Source of the DNA: an uncultured Pelagibacteraceae bacterium
Lineage (GTDB): Bacteria > Pseudomonadota > Alphaproteobacteria > Pelagibacterales > Pelagibacteraceae
Reading direction: 5' to 3'
NCBI GenBank assembly: GCA_902590395.1
Contig: CACIWQ010000003.1
Coordinates: forward strand, 21,173 to 85,172
DNA: 64,000 bases
Positions 8,812 through 19,693 of the stretch are shown one piece after another. Below the pieces are notes generated by a model. It saw only the letters and a list, made by a program, of their open reading frames with translations, searched no databases and had not been told where the DNA came from. Both the position numbers and the translations under genes were made by a program. Each line of letters starts with the position of its first letter. Position 1 is the stretch's first letter.

Positions 8812-9633
8812 ATGAACAAGGTATACCAGGTTTATCAAGTATCAGATTCAACCGGAGAAACATTAGATAGGATATTTTTAGCCTTAAAAGCCCAGTTTGA
8901 TGATTTTGAGTGCAAAACTATTCACTATTCTTTTACAAGAACAAAAAACCAAGTAGATAATATTATTTCCAAATCAATATCAGAAAAAAATGTAATAATT
9001 CTATATACTATTGTAGATAAAAATCTTGCTCAATATTTACGTGACCAGACTAAGAAAGAAAATATTCCAAGCTTCGAAGTTTTAGGAAATTTAATTTCCG
9101 ATTTTTCAAAATTACTTAATCAGGAAGCAAGCCGAATACCGAGCGGCCAGCACGCTCTTGATCAAGAGTATTATAAAAGAATCGAAGCTGTACAATTCAC
9201 TATGTCGCACGATGATGGAAAAATAATAAATGACCTGGACAAATCAGATGTTATTTTAGTTGGCATAAGTAGAACAAGCAAAACTCCTACCTCAATGTAT
9301 TTAGCGAACAGAGGATACAAAACTTCAAATATACCAATTATACCAAATAAAAATTTACCCAACCAATTATTAGAAAGTAAAAAAAAAATTTGTACGGTGG
9401 GTTTGATTTGTGATCCAACAAGATTATCAGACGTAAGAAGAAATAGAATTCAGTCCATGCACGAAGATAGACCTAGCGAATATATTAGTGAAAAAAAAAT
9501 TATAGATGAATTAGAAAATTCTAAAAAAATTTTTAAAAAATATAATTGGCCTATTATAGATGTGACAAGAAAATCGGTAGAAGAGACAGCGGCTTCTATT
9601 ATTAAAATATTCGATATATTAAATTTAAAATGA
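8812..9633 (+). CDS. pyruvate,phosphate dikinase / PEP synthase regulatory protein (DUF299, RP001-like)
   Basis: VGISRTSKTPTSMYLANRGYKTSNIPIIP P-loop block typical of PDRP/PpsR. Confidence 0.85.
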   Translation: MNKVYQVYQVSDSTGETLDRIFLALKAQFDDFECKTIHYSFTRTKNQVDNIISKSISEKNVIILYTIVDKNLAQYLRDQTKKENIPSFEVLGNLISDFSKLLNQEASRIPSGQHALDQEYYKRIEAVQFTMSHDDGKIINDLDKSDVILVGISRTSKTPTSMYLANRGYKTSNIPIIPNKNLPNQLLESKKKICTVGLICDPTRLSDVRRNRIQSMHEDRPSEYISEKKIIDELENSKKIFKKYNWPIIDVTRKSVEETAASIIKIFDILNLK

Positions 9634-10217
9634 AAAACAAAATTATTCTGGCCTCAAAAAGCGGGGTGAGAAAAAAAATTTTAAATGATAATGGTATTAG
9701 TTGCGTAGTAATACCTGCTAATATTGATGAAGATTCAATAAAAGAATCTTTAATACAAGAGAATGCCACACCTAGAACAATATCTAAAAATTTAGCAGAA
9801 CTTAAAGCAAACAAAATAAGTGAAAATAAATATAATGATTTAGTTTTAGGAGCGGATAGCGTAATAGATTTGAATGGTGAACTAATATCCAAACCAATAA
9901 GCAGAAATGAAGCTTTTAAAATTCTTCAAAAATTAAATGGCAAAAAACACCAATTGATAAGTTCTGTTTGTATATCTAAAAACGGCTCAATGATATGGAA
10001 TTCAACAGATGATGCCACATTAACAATGAAACAACTTAATTTAGACGAAATTAAATCATATTTAAAAAAGATAAAAGATAAAGAATTATTTGCTTATGGA
10101 GTTTACCAAATTGAGGCTGACGGAAGATCTTTATTTTCAAAAATTGAAGGGGATGAAAATACAATTATGGGATTGCCAATTAAACAAATAAAGGAATATT
10201 TAAGTAAATTAAAATGA
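9630..10217 (+). CDS. maf: Maf-like nucleoside triphosphate pyrophosphatase
   Basis: IILASKSGVRKKIL N-terminus, GADSV, GAYGIQ-like YGVYQIE block. ATGA overlap with the upstream gene. Confidence 0.85.
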   Translation: MKNKIILASKSGVRKKILNDNGISCVVIPANIDEDSIKESLIQENATPRTISKNLAELKANKISENKYNDLVLGADSVIDLNGELISKPISRNEAFKILQKLNGKKHQLISSVCISKNGSMIWNSTDDATLTMKQLNLDEIKSYLKKIKDKELFAYGVYQIEADGRSLFSKIEGDENTIMGLPIKQIKEYLSKLK

Positions 10218-11002
10218 AAAAATATTTAGTTATAGGAAATCCAATAGAACACTCCCTATCACCCAAACTGCATAATTATTGGATTAAAGAAAATAATATT
10301 AAAGCTATTTATGATAAAAAAAAATTAAATGAAAATGAAATAGAAGAAGTAATATTAGAAGTAAAAAAAGGAAAAATTGATGGTATCAATGTTACCCTAC
10401 CTTTTAAAAAATCAGTTATCCCTTTTCTTGATCAACTAACTGCTCTTGCAGAAGAGACCCAATCAGTTAATACGATTTTAAAAAAGGGTAATAAAGTTAT
10501 CGGGGATAACACCGATGTTGGGGGATTTGAACAAGGTTTAAAGCATATTAACTATAATGTTAAAAATAAAAAAGTATTTATCTTGGGAGCCGGCGGAGTA
10601 GCCCCTTCAATTATTGTGGCGTTGAAAAAGTTAGGAGCAACTAAAATAACTTTAAGCAACCGAACGAAAGAAAAAGCCGAGAATATAAAAAAAATTTATA
10701 CAAATTTAGAAATTTTAGATTGGGGAGAAATTCCTGATTTTGATATAATAATAAACACTACAAGTTTAGGTCTTAAAGAAACTGACGAAATAAACTTAAA
10801 TTATGCTGATATTGGTACGAATAAATTGTTCTACGATGTTATTTATAATCCGGATAAAACAAAATTTCTTTCAAAAGCAAAACAATTTGGTAATCAAATT
10901 GAAAATGGAAAAATGATGTTTATTTATCAAGCTCAATTATCATTTAAAATTTGGCATAACATCTTGCCAAATGTAAATAATAAACTACTAAATCATGATT
11001 AG
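10214..11002 (+). CDS. aroE: shikimate dehydrogenase
   Basis: VIGNPIEHSLSPKLHN, NVTLPFK, GAGGVAPSI NADP-binding motifs. Confidence 0.9.
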   Translation: MKKYLVIGNPIEHSLSPKLHNYWIKENNIKAIYDKKKLNENEIEEVILEVKKGKIDGINVTLPFKKSVIPFLDQLTALAEETQSVNTILKKGNKVIGDNTDVGGFEQGLKHINYNVKNKKVFILGAGGVAPSIIVALKKLGATKITLSNRTKEKAENIKKIYTNLEILDWGEIPDFDIIINTTSLGLKETDEINLNYADIGTNKLFYDVIYNPDKTKFLSKAKQFGNQIENGKMMFIYQAQLSFKIWHNILPNVNNKLLNHD

Positions 11003-11573
11003 ACTTGCAGTAATAGGAGATATTGGATGTGGCAAAAGTCATTTGGCTAAGCAGTTTGGTTATCCGGTTTTTAACGCTGATGCAGAGGTAACCAAATTAT
11101 ATAGAAAAAGCAAAAAATGTTACAAAAAACTTAAAAAAAAACTTCCTTACTATATAACATCTTTCCCAATCAAAAAAAATAAACTTACCGAAGCAATTAT
11201 GGACAACAAGAATAATCTTAAAAAAATCATTAATGTAGTACATCCAGAAATCCGCTTGAAAATGAATAAATTTGTTAAAAAAAATAAGAAAAAAAAATTC
11301 GTGGTTTTAGATATCCCATTATTATTAGAAAATAAAATTTATAAAAAAGATGACATAATAATTTTCATTAAAGCCAAAAAAAATGAAATTAATAAAAGAT
11401 TAAAAAAGAGATATGGGATTAACCTAAAAATTGTAAAAAAGTTTAGAAAACTTCAACTTCCTATAGAATCCAAAAGAAGAAAAGCAGATTTTATAGTAGA
11501 AAATAATTTTAAGAGTAAATTTGCTAAAAAAAATGTTAAAAAAGTAATGAAAGAAATTTTATTAAATGCTTGA
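10995..11573 (+). CDS. coaE: dephospho-CoA kinase
   Basis: P-loop VIGDIGCGKSH, VVLDIPLLLE; conserved position after aroE. Confidence 0.85.
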   Translation: MIRLAVIGDIGCGKSHLAKQFGYPVFNADAEVTKLYRKSKKCYKKLKKKLPYYITSFPIKKNKLTEAIMDNKNNLKKIINVVHPEIRLKMNKFVKKNKKKKFVVLDIPLLLENKIYKKDDIIIFIKAKKNEINKRLKKRYGINLKIVKKFRKLQLPIESKRRKADFIVENNFKSKFAKKNVKKVMKEILLNA

Positions 11574-12243
11574 AGTAGTTTTAGACACAGAAACAACAGG
11601 TCTATCAACCAAAGAAAAACATAAAATAGTAGAAATTGGATGTATAGAATTAAAAAATCAAATTCCAACAAAAAACGTTTTTCATGAATACTTAAATCCA
11701 GAAAGATCAATCTCTGAAGATGCTCTTAAAATCCATGGATATACAGAAGAATTCTTAGCTGACAAAAAAACTTTTTCAGAAATATCTGATAAATTTATTA
11801 ATTTTATCGAAGGAAAAAAAATAATTATTCATAATGCAAGTTTTGATATTTCTTTTTTAAATTATGAATTAAGATGTATAAAAAAGAAAGAAATTGATAA
11901 TTCAAATGTAATAGACACATTGGAAATTGCTCGGCAAAAATTTCCAGGCTCACAAAATTCTTTAGATGCACTCTGTAAAAGATTTAATATAGATAATTCT
12001 AAAAGAAAGAAACATAATGCTTTACTAGACTGTGAATTGCTTAAAGAAGTTTACATTAATTTAATAGATCAAAAGGAACCAAAATTAAATTTCGAAATCT
12101 TAGAGAGCGTGGAAAAAAATTTTAATACTGAAATTAGAACTCTTAAGAAGAATTTGAGAAGAATAATAAAACCAAGCAGCGAAGAGTTAGAGTTGCACAA
12201 AAAATATATAAAACAAAACTTGAAAAAAAAATCTTATATTTAA
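11566..12243 (+). CDS. dnaQ: DNA polymerase III epsilon subunit (3'-5' exonuclease)
   Basis: Exo I VVLDTETTGL, Exo II IIHNASFDISFL, Exo III HNALLDCELL. Confidence 0.93.
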   Translation: MLEVVLDTETTGLSTKEKHKIVEIGCIELKNQIPTKNVFHEYLNPERSISEDALKIHGYTEEFLADKKTFSEISDKFINFIEGKKIIIHNASFDISFLNYELRCIKKKEIDNSNVIDTLEIARQKFPGSQNSLDALCKRFNIDNSKRKKHNALLDCELLKEVYINLIDQKEPKLNFEILESVEKNFNTEIRTLKKNLRRIIKPSSEELELHKKYIKQNLKKKSYI

Positions 12244-12659
12244 GAAGATTTTTGTTCTTTATATAGTTTTTCAAAATTTACTTCTTTAGCAATAGTTATA
12301 TCTTTTATACCAGCCTGCTTAAATAAAAAAACAAATGTTTCGTATAAAGAAGGATAGGTTTCTTGCGGAACTTTGACCAAAACAATTTTTTCTAATTCAT
12401 TTTTATCTGTTAAATTTTGTTCAATCGAAACTAAAGCAGCCATATTTAATTCTACTAGCATTTTATTTTTTACTTCATTATTTGGTGTTAGTTTTAAAAT
12501 AGTATTAACTTCAATAATGTTTTCTTTAAAACGACTACTTTTTATATCAAAATTTAAATTATATTTTGGTATTTCTTTTTCTAACATTACAAATGTTTGT
12601 GCATTTGGTATTTCAAAAGAAATATCTTTGATAAATTTTGATATGATTTTGTAACTCAT
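12240..12659 (-). CDS. secB: protein-export chaperone SecB
   Basis: 139 aa, KDISFEIPNA start; position convergent with dnaQ as in other alphaproteobacteria. Confidence 0.8.
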   Translation of the reverse strand: MSYKIISKFIKDISFEIPNAQTFVMLEKEIPKYNLNFDIKSSRFKENIIEVNTILKLTPNNEVKNKMLVELNMAALVSIEQNLTDKNELEKIVLVKVPQETYPSLYETFVFLFKQAGIKDITIAKEVNFEKLYKEQKSS

Positions 12660-13112
12660 TCAATTAATGTTTTTATTATCATCATCATATTTAGATTCTT
12701 CGACATCACCTTCTATAATATTTTTTTCCATTTTTTTTTTATTAAATTTTGAAGATATATTTTTAATAAGAATGTTTCTTGTGAAAGGTATTATCAGCAA
12801 GAAACCTACCAGGTCAGTTAAAAATCCAGGAATTATCAACAACAAGGCAGCGAAGGCTAATGCGGCCCCTGATATCATTTCATAAACTGGTATTTCATTT
12901 TTTATTAACTGGCTAAAACCAGATCGTAAAGTATTTAAACCTTCCAATCTTGCAAAATATATTCCAGTAATCGCAGTAAAAAAAATTAAAAAGATAGTAT
13001 TGAAAGCACCAATAATACCTCCAATTTTAATCATTAGATAAATTTCTATTAAAGGGATACCAATTATAAAAAGTATAACAGCGTTCATTTGTCTACTTAT
13101 TTGTGTTTGCAT
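12660..13112 (-). CDS. fxsA: FxsA family inner-membrane protein
   Basis: IPGFLTDLVGFLLIIPFTRN motif; 3-4 TM segments. Confidence 0.8.
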   Translation of the reverse strand: MQTQISRQMNAVILFIIGIPLIEIYLMIKIGGIIGAFNTIFLIFFTAITGIYFARLEGLNTLRSGFSQLIKNEIPVYEMISGAALAFAALLLIIPGFLTDLVGFLLIIPFTRNILIKNISSKFNKKKMEKNIIEGDVEESKYDDDNKNIN

Positions 13113-13146
13113 ACTATATCAATTAAGTATTATAATCAAAAAAGTC

Positions 13147-13749
13147 ATGAGTAATAGTTTTGGTTTTTTAGATATCATTTTGCTGGCAATGTTTGCTGGA
13201 TTTATACTGTTGCGCCTTAGAAATATTTTAGGAAGAAAAACGGGATATCAAGGAAAATCAAGAAACAAATATTTTCCTGGTGGAATTCAAACTCTCAAAG
13301 ATTTAGAAAACAATGAAGCTATAAAAACAAATAATGTAGATGAAGATACGAAAAAACAATTTCTTAAAGGCGCTGAAGTAGCTTATGAAAAAATAATTTT
13401 ATCTTTCGCTAATGGAGACAAAAAATCACTTAGAAGTTTACTTGGAAAAAATATGTTTGAACGCTTTGCGGAAGTAATTGATGATAGAAAAAACAAGCAG
13501 CTTAAGTCTGAAACAACTTTTATAGGAATTAAATCTGCAAAAATATTAGAATTTAAAAAAATGGAAAATATTTATAAAGTAACTGTAAATTTTGTAAGCG
13601 AAATTATAACCTGTATTAAGGACAAAAATAATCAAGTACTTGAGGGTAATCCCGATACTATCAAAACAGTTAATGATGTATGGAGCTTTTCAAAAAATAT
13701 GTGGAGCCAGGACCCTACCTGGTATTTAGTTGATACATCAAGCAAGTAG
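13147..13749 (+). CDS. Tim44-like domain protein
   Basis: N-terminal TM segment plus a C-terminal block ending VWSFSKNMWSQDPTWYLV. Next to secB, as is typical in alphaproteobacteria. Confidence 0.75.
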   Translation: MSNSFGFLDIILLAMFAGFILLRLRNILGRKTGYQGKSRNKYFPGGIQTLKDLENNEAIKTNNVDEDTKKQFLKGAEVAYEKIILSFANGDKKSLRSLLGKNMFERFAEVIDDRKNKQLKSETTFIGIKSAKILEFKKMENIYKVTVNFVSEIITCIKDKNNQVLEGNPDTIKTVNDVWSFSKNMWSQDPTWYLVDTSSK

Positions 13750-14168
13750 TGAAAAAAAAGACTTTTGCAACAGCCAAGGATAAAAAGGACTGGGTAAATT
13801 TTATTCAAGAAATAGGAAAACTTCACGATAAAGATAAAGATGATAGTCAGTTAAATAATAGACTAAATAAAGTTCAAAAATTAGACTTGCATGGTTTTTC
13901 ATTGGTTAAAGCTAATAAAGAAGTAGAAAAATTTATTAATGAGTCGTTTGAAATAGGTTATAAAAAATTGTTAATTATAACTGGTAAAGGATCAAGAAAA
14001 AAAGTACACGAAAATCCATACCTATCTGAAAAAATGAATGTCTTAAAACACTCAGTACCAGATTTTATTAATAATAGTGATTTATTGAATAAAATTAAAA
14101 CAATATCAAAAGCCGATAAAAAACATGGAGGAGATGGAGCTTTTTATATTTTTTTAAAAAAAAATTAA
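13749..14168 (+). CDS. Smr domain protein
   Basis: [19 protein letters not shown] (LDLHG motif) and ITGKGS. GTG start overlapping the upstream stop. Confidence 0.75.
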   Translation: MKKKTFATAKDKKDWVNFIQEIGKLHDKDKDDSQLNNRLNKVQKLDLHGFSLVKANKEVEKFINESFEIGYKKLLIITGKGSRKKVHENPYLSEKMNVLKHSVPDFINNSDLLNKIKTISKADKKHGGDGAFYIFLKKN

Positions 14169-15538
14169 AGGATAAATTTTGATAAGTCAGTATCTTTAGC
14201 TAATGCGCCAAGATTTTTTGTAACATAATTTTTATCAATTATAATTTTTTCTCCACCTCTATCGGTTGCAGTGAAGCTTATTTCATCTAAGACTTTTTCA
14301 ATTATTGTATGGAGTCTTCTTGCTCCTATATTTTCTATACTAGAATTTATTTCTGTTGCCAATTGTGCAATTGTTTCGATTCCATCTTTAGTGAATTGTA
14401 ATTTAACTTTTTCTGTTTCTAATAGTGCCACATATTGTTTAATTAAACTATTATCTGGTTCCTCTAAAATTCTTTTAAAATCATCACTTGTAAGAGCATT
14501 TAATTCTACCCTAATAGGCAATCTTCCCTGAAGTTCGGGCAATAAATCAGAAGGCTTAGCAAGTTGAAATGCCCCAGAAGCAATAAATAATATATGATCA
14601 GTTTTTATTGGCCCATGTTTTGTGCTTACAGTCGTTCCTTCTATTAAAGGTAACAAATCTCTTTGCACACCTTCTCTTGACACGTCCCCACCGATACGTT
14701 CACCTCTTGCAGAAACTTTATCTATTTCATCCAAAAAAACAATACCATTATTTTCAGTAGAAATTTTTGCTGCTTTCAAAATTTTATCTTGTTCCAGCAT
14801 TTTATCAGATTCTTCTGCAATTAAAATTTCATAAGACTCTTTTACTGACATTTTTTTCTTTTTGCTTTTTTTCATATTTTTACCTAGCATGTCAGATAAA
14901 TTTATCATGCCAACATTAGCCCCCGGCATACCGGGTATTTCGAAGCTTGGAGTACTAGCGGCATCATTTACTTCAATTTCAATTTCATTATCATCTAAGT
15001 CGCCGCTTCTAAGTCGTTTTCTAAAACTTTCTCTGGTAGCAACACTAGCTTTATTTCCAACAAGCGCATCGAGAACTCTTTCTTCGGCAGCTAGTTGGGC
15101 TTTAGCATGAACTTCTTTTCTCATTCGCTCTTTTTCGATTGCAATTGCAATTTCAAGCAAATCTCTAATTATTTGTTCTACATCACGACCAACATAACCA
15201 ACTTCTGTAAAGCGGGTAGCTTCTACCTTAATAAAAGGTGCCTCTGCCAGTTTTGAAAGTCTTCTAGATATTTCTGTTTTTCCAACACCAGTAGGGCCAA
15301 TCATTAATATATTTTTAGGCAACACCTCATCTTTCATATTGCCTTTTAGAGCTTGTCTCCTCCATCTGTTTCTAAGAGCGATTGCAACAGCCCTTTTGGC
15401 TGCTTTTTGTCCTATTACGTATCTATCTAATTCAGAAACTATTTCTCTTGGCGAAAGTGAAGAAACTATAGATTGAGCATCACCTTCTATAGCCGAATCT
15501 TTTTTTGGTAAAGAAGTAACGTTTGATTTTTGTTTCAT
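14165..15538 (-). CDS. hslU: ATP-dependent protease ATPase subunit HslU
   Basis: [48 protein letters not shown]. Confidence 0.97.
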   Translation of the reverse strand: MKQKSNVTSLPKKDSAIEGDAQSIVSSLSPREIVSELDRYVIGQKAAKRAVAIALRNRWRRQALKGNMKDEVLPKNILMIGPTGVGKTEISRRLSKLAEAPFIKVEATRFTEVGYVGRDVEQIIRDLLEIAIAIEKERMRKEVHAKAQLAAEERVLDALVGNKASVATRESFRKRLRSGDLDDNEIEIEVNDAASTPSFEIPGMPGANVGMINLSDMLGKNMKKSKKKKMSVKESYEILIAEESDKMLEQDKILKAAKISTENNGIVFLDEIDKVSARGERIGGDVSREGVQRDLLPLIEGTTVSTKHGPIKTDHILFIASGAFQLAKPSDLLPELQGRLPIRVELNALTSDDFKRILEEPDNSLIKQYVALLETEKVKLQFTKDGIETIAQLATEINSSIENIGARRLHTIIEKVLDEISFTATDRGGEKIIIDKNYVTKNLGALAKDTDLSKFIL

Positions 15539-15542
15539 TTAA

Positions 15543-16085
15543 TTAAATTTTTTCCATAGTTATATTATTATTTGTAAATACACATATTTCTGAAGCAACT
15601 GATATTGATTTTTTAGCAATTTCTTCAGCTGACATTTTAGTATCCATTAAAACTTTTGCGGCAGCTAAAGCGTAATTACCACCTGATCCGATACCTATAA
15701 TACCCTCTTCTGGTTCAAGAACATCTCCTGTACCAGAAATTATAAAACTTTTTTCTTTATCTGCTATAGCCATTAAAGCTTCTAATCTTCTTAAATATTT
15801 GTCAGTCCTCCAATCTTTTGCTAGCTCAACAGCTGCTCTTGTTAAATTACCAGCATGTTTTTCTAATTTAGCTTCTAATCTTTCAAATAGAGTTAATGCA
15901 TCCGCTGTGGATCCAGCGAAACCAGCTATAACATTTCTTTTTTCAATTTTACGAACTTTTTTAGCAGTGCTTTTGATTACGGTGTTGCCTAAACTAACCT
16001 GACCGTCTCCGGCGACAACAACATCTTTGCCCTTTCTTATCAGGACAATCGTAGTTCCGTGCCAATTTGAATTTCCACTCATCAT
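15543..16085 (-). CDS. hslV: ATP-dependent protease subunit HslV
   Basis: [11 protein letters not shown] (N-terminal Thr nucleophile), [13 protein letters not shown]. Confidence 0.95.
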   Translation of the reverse strand: MMSGNSNWHGTTIVLIRKGKDVVVAGDGQVSLGNTVIKSTAKKVRKIEKRNVIAGFAGSTADALTLFERLEAKLEKHAGNLTRAAVELAKDWRTDKYLRRLEALMAIADKEKSFIISGTGDVLEPEEGIIGIGSGGNYALAAAKVLMDTKMSAEEIAKKSISVASEICVFTNNNITMEKI

Positions 16086-16186
16086 ATTTTATGTGGAGAT
16101 TTATTTGGTAACTTCAAGGGTTTAAAGTTGAATTTAGTGATATATTCTTGAATTATTTATATACCCTGCTATTACAATGACGCTAT

Positions 16187-16777
16187 ATGGCACGAAAAGC
16201 TAAAATAAATAGAAAGACGAAAGAAACTAACATACTTGTTGAAGCAAATTTAGATGGTAAAGGATCCTATAAAATAGATACAAGAATAGGTTTTTTAAAT
16301 CATATGTTAGAGCAGCTATCAAAACATTCGCTAATTGATCTAAAAATATTTGCTAAAGGTGATACTCATATTGATTTACACCACACCACAGAGGATACAG
16401 GTATTGCTATAGGCGAGTGTATTAAAAAAGCGCTAGGCACATCAAAGGGTATAAGAAGATATGCTCATGCATTAATCCCTATGGACGAAACATTAACTAG
16501 GGTCACAATGGATGTATCAAACAGACCTTATTTAATTTGGAAAGTAAAATTAAAAGTGGAAAAATTAGGAGAAATGGATACAGAACTTTTTAAGGAATGG
16601 TTCCAAGCGTTTTCTCAGGCTGCTGGTATTACTTTACACGTTGAAAATATTTATGGAGATAATAGCCATCATATCATCGAGTCTTGCTTTAAAGGGCTTG
16701 CAAGATCATTACGTGAAGCCATAGAAGTAGATAAAAGAATTAAAAATAAAATTCCTTCTACAAAAGGTATTTTATAA
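16187..16777 (+). CDS. hisB: imidazoleglycerol-phosphate dehydratase
   Basis: [43 protein letters not shown]. Confidence 0.95.
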   Translation: MARKAKINRKTKETNILVEANLDGKGSYKIDTRIGFLNHMLEQLSKHSLIDLKIFAKGDTHIDLHHTTEDTGIAIGECIKKALGTSKGIRRYAHALIPMDETLTRVTMDVSNRPYLIWKVKLKVEKLGEMDTELFKEWFQAFSQAAGITLHVENIYGDNSHHIIESCFKGLARSLREAIEVDKRIKNKIPSTKGIL

Positions 16778-16784
16778 AAAAATA

Positions 16785-17426
16785 ATGTACATTTCAGTAA
16801 TTGACTATGGTTCTGGCAATTTGAAGTCAGCGGCTAAAGCACTTGAAACTGCTGCTAACAACATAAATTTAAAATTTAAGATAGCCGTAACCTCAGATCC
16901 GAAAATTATTAAACAATCAGATAAAATAGTTTTACCAGGACAAGGATCTTTTAGAGATTGTTATTTTGGTATACAGAAAATTACTGGATTAAATGAAACT
17001 TTAAATGAGTTCGTTGTAGAGAAGAAAAAACCTATTTTAGGCATATGTGTAGGAATGCAATTATTTGCAAAAACGGGATATGAATCTCAAGAAACAAAAG
17101 GATTTGGGTGGATTGATGGCACAGTTAGAAAAATAAATAACATGAATGGAAAATTCAAATTGCCTCACATGGGATGGAACGAAATAGAATTGAGCAAAGA
17201 TTGTTTTTTATTTTCTAACATAAAAAATAAATCTCATATGTATTTTATCCACAGTTATGAATTTATGACAAAGCAAAAAGATTGTGTGGTTGCTAAAACC
17301 AATTATGGAAATTCAATAACAGTTTCGGTGGAAAAAGAAAATATTGTTGGAACTCAATTTCACCCAGAAAAAAGCCAAAAAAATGGTTTAATAATTCTAG
17401 AAAATTTTTTGAAGTGGAAGATGTAA
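16785..17426 (+). CDS. hisH: imidazole glycerol phosphate synthase, glutamine amidotransferase subunit
   Basis: GICVGMQLF nucleophile, GTQFHPEKS. Confidence 0.95.
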   Translation: MYISVIDYGSGNLKSAAKALETAANNINLKFKIAVTSDPKIIKQSDKIVLPGQGSFRDCYFGIQKITGLNETLNEFVVEKKKPILGICVGMQLFAKTGYESQETKGFGWIDGTVRKINNMNGKFKLPHMGWNEIELSKDCFLFSNIKNKSHMYFIHSYEFMTKQKDCVVAKTNYGNSITVSVEKENIVGTQFHPEKSQKNGLIILENFLKWKM

Positions 17427-18145
17427 TGATAATTTTTCCAGCAATTGATATTAAAGATAGCAAATGTGTAAGACTTATCAGGGGAGATTTTGATAAAATG
17501 ACTTCTTATAAAAATTCTCCACTTGATCAGGCCAAATTATATTTTAAGAATGGATTTAAGAATATTCATATTGTCGATTTAGATGGTGCTTTAGAGGGAA
17601 AATCATCTAATTCAGAAATCGTCAAAGAAATACTTAAAAATCTTAATTTAAAAATCCAGATTGGAGGAGGAATAAGAAAAATTGATGATATAAATAATTG
17701 GATCAAAAATGGGGTTGATAAAGTTATTATGGGCACGGCTGCTATTGAAAATATTGATTTACTCAAGACTGCGTGCGAAAAGTTTAAAAATAAAATTGCC
17801 GTTTCTTTAGACGTAAAAGATGGTTTTATTGCTTTATCTGGGTGGAAAAAACAAACTAATATCTCTGCTATAAATTTTATAAAAAAAATTGAAAATTTTG
17901 GAGTTTCTAGAATTATTTATACAGATATTAATAAGGATGGGACAAAAATGGGTCCCAACATAAAAGATGTCATTGAACTATCGAGTAAAGTTAAAATTCC
18001 TTTTGTGATTTCTGGAGGGATATCTTCTATAGAGGATATAATAAAAATTAAATCACTTAATAATTCAAATATCGAGGGTGTTATAGTTGGTAAGTCAATT
18101 TATGATGGTGATATAAAAATCAGCGAACTCGCTCAACAAATATAA
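17426..18145 (+). CDS. hisA: ProFAR isomerase HisA
   Basis: [18 protein letters not shown] prefer the ATG at 17426 (TAATG overlap with the hisH stop) over the track start at 17414. Confidence 0.9.
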   Translation: MIIFPAIDIKDSKCVRLIRGDFDKMTSYKNSPLDQAKLYFKNGFKNIHIVDLDGALEGKSSNSEIVKEILKNLNLKIQIGGGIRKIDDINNWIKNGVDKVIMGTAAIENIDLLKTACEKFKNKIAVSLDVKDGFIALSGWKKQTNISAINFIKKIENFGVSRIIYTDINKDGTKMGPNIKDVIELSSKVKIPFVISGGISSIEDIIKIKSLNNSNIEGVIVGKSIYDGDIKISELAQQI

Positions 18146-18146
18146 T

Positions 18147-18905
18147 ATGTTAAAAAATAGAATTATACCTTGTTTAGACGTTAAAAACGGAAGAGTAGTT
18201 AAAGGAATAAACTTTGTAGACTTAGTTGATGCCGGAGATCCAGTAGAACAAGCAAAAATATATGATGAGCAGGGTGCTGACGAATTATGTTTTTTGGACA
18301 TTACTGCATCGAACGAGAACAGAAATATTATATTAGATACAGTTAAAAAAACTGCAGAAAAATGTTTTATGCCACTAACAGTAGGTGGTGGAGTACGTAC
18401 CTTGGAAGATATAAGAAATTTATTATTGGCAGGAGCTGATAAAGTATCAATAAACACAGCTGCGGTTAATAATAAAAATTTAGTTAAAGAAAGTGCTGAA
18501 AAATTTGGTTCTCAATGTATCGTTGTTGCAGTGGATGCAAAAAAAGTTAAAGAAAACAAATGGGAAATATTTACTCATGGAGGAAGAAAATCTACCGGAA
18601 TAGATGCATTAAAATTTGTAGAAAAGATGGAAGCGATGGGTGCTGGAGAAATATTACTTACTTCAATGGATAGAGATGGAACCAAAAAGGGGTACGACTT
18701 AGATCTAACTAAAAAGGTATCTAATCTGGTTAATATACCTGTTATTGCTTCAGGTGGGGTTGGTAATCTTGAACACTTACGTCAAGGTATAAAAATTGGA
18801 AAAGCAAATGCAGTATTAGCAGCATCAATTTTTCATTTTGGAGAATTTTCAATAAAAGATGCAAAAAAATATTTAGACTCGAAAGGAATTCCAGTAAGAT
18901 TATAA
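18147..18905 (+). CDS. hisF: imidazole glycerol phosphate synthase, cyclase subunit
   Basis: [33 protein letters not shown]. Confidence 0.96.
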   Translation: MLKNRIIPCLDVKNGRVVKGINFVDLVDAGDPVEQAKIYDEQGADELCFLDITASNENRNIILDTVKKTAEKCFMPLTVGGGVRTLEDIRNLLLAGADKVSINTAAVNNKNLVKESAEKFGSQCIVVAVDAKKVKENKWEIFTHGGRKSTGIDALKFVEKMEAMGAGEILLTSMDRDGTKKGYDLDLTKKVSNLVNIPVIASGGVGNLEHLRQGIKIGKANAVLAASIFHFGEFSIKDAKKYLDSKGIPVRL

Positions 18906-18906
18906 A

Positions 18907-19179
18907 ATGTTTAAAAACTTAGAACAATTAGTTAAAACGATTAGAGAAAGAAAAAATTCTTCTCCTGATAAGTCATATACTAATAAACTTCTTAACGATA
19001 AAAACTTAAGCGTTTCTAAAGTAAAGGAAGAGATTGCAGAATTGATTGAGTCTGTTGATAAAAATTCAAACAAAATTCATGAGGCTGCAGATGTTTTATA
19101 TCATCTAATGGTATTTCTAGAAGCAAATGGTATTAAAATTGAGGATGTGATGGATGAGTTAAAGAAAAGGCAAAAATGA
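18907..19179 (+). CDS. hisE: phosphoribosyl-ATP pyrophosphatase
   Basis: 90 aa, SYTNKLL, KVKEEIAELIES, EAADVLYHLMVFL. Confidence 0.9.
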   Translation: MFKNLEQLVKTIRERKNSSPDKSYTNKLLNDKNLSVSKVKEEIAELIESVDKNSNKIHEAADVLYHLMVFLEANGIKIEDVMDELKKRQK

Positions 19180-19183
19180 TAAA

Positions 19184-19309
19184 TTGGCACAAAAGATATA
19201 TAGAATATTGGAAAAAAAACTAAACGTTTCTGATTATGGAGTTATTTGGGTATCATTTATTAAGGGATTAATTATTGGTTTATTAATTTATCACTTTTTT
19301 ATTGATTAA
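19184..19309 (+). CDS. candidate small membrane protein (33-41 aa; TTG start at 19184 or 19208)
   Basis: My own translation of the 145-nt hisE-HIT gap gives (M)AQKIYRILEKKLNVSDYGVIWVSFIKGLIIGLLIYHFFID*, with one clear TM helix. Below the track length cutoff, and there is no ATG in frame. Confidence 0.3.
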   Translation: MAQKIYRILEKKLNVSDYGVIWVSFIKGLIIGLLIYHFFID

Positions 19310-19324
19310 TGAAAAATAAATAAA

Positions 19325-19693
19325 ATGACCTACGACAAAAATAATATTTTTGCTAAAATTCTTAGAGGTGAAATCCCTTGTAAAAAAATTTATGAAGATG
19401 AATTTGTGTTAGCTTTTCACGATATAAATCCACAAAAAAAAGTTCATGCTTTAGTAATTCCTAAAGGAGAATATGTAAATTTAGACGATTTTTCATCAAA
19501 AGCCTCTGAAAAGGAAATTGCAGGATTAATAAGAGGAATAGGTACTGTAGCAAAAAAAATCGGCGTTTCTGAAGTTGTAAAAGGTGGAGGTTATAGATCT
19601 TTGGTAAATGTAGGAGAAAATGGAGGTCAAGAAGTTCCCCATTTACATTTTCATATTTTTGGGGGTGAAAAAGTTGGTAAAATGGTTCCTTAA
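19325..19693 (+). CDS. HIT family (histidine triad) nucleotide hydrolase
   Basis: NIFAKILRGEIPCKKIYEDE and histidine triad HLHFHIFGG. Confidence 0.9.
   Translation: MTYDKNNIFAKILRGEIPCKKIYEDEFVLAFHDINPQKKVHALVIPKGEYVNLDDFSSKASEKEIAGLIRGIGTVAKKIGVSEVVKGGGYRSLVNVGENGGQEVPHLHFHIFGGEKVGKMVP

Noticed and set aside
18095-18457. 120-aa ORF antisense to hisA/hisF
   Set aside because: It overlaps two strongly supported his genes. Shadow frame.
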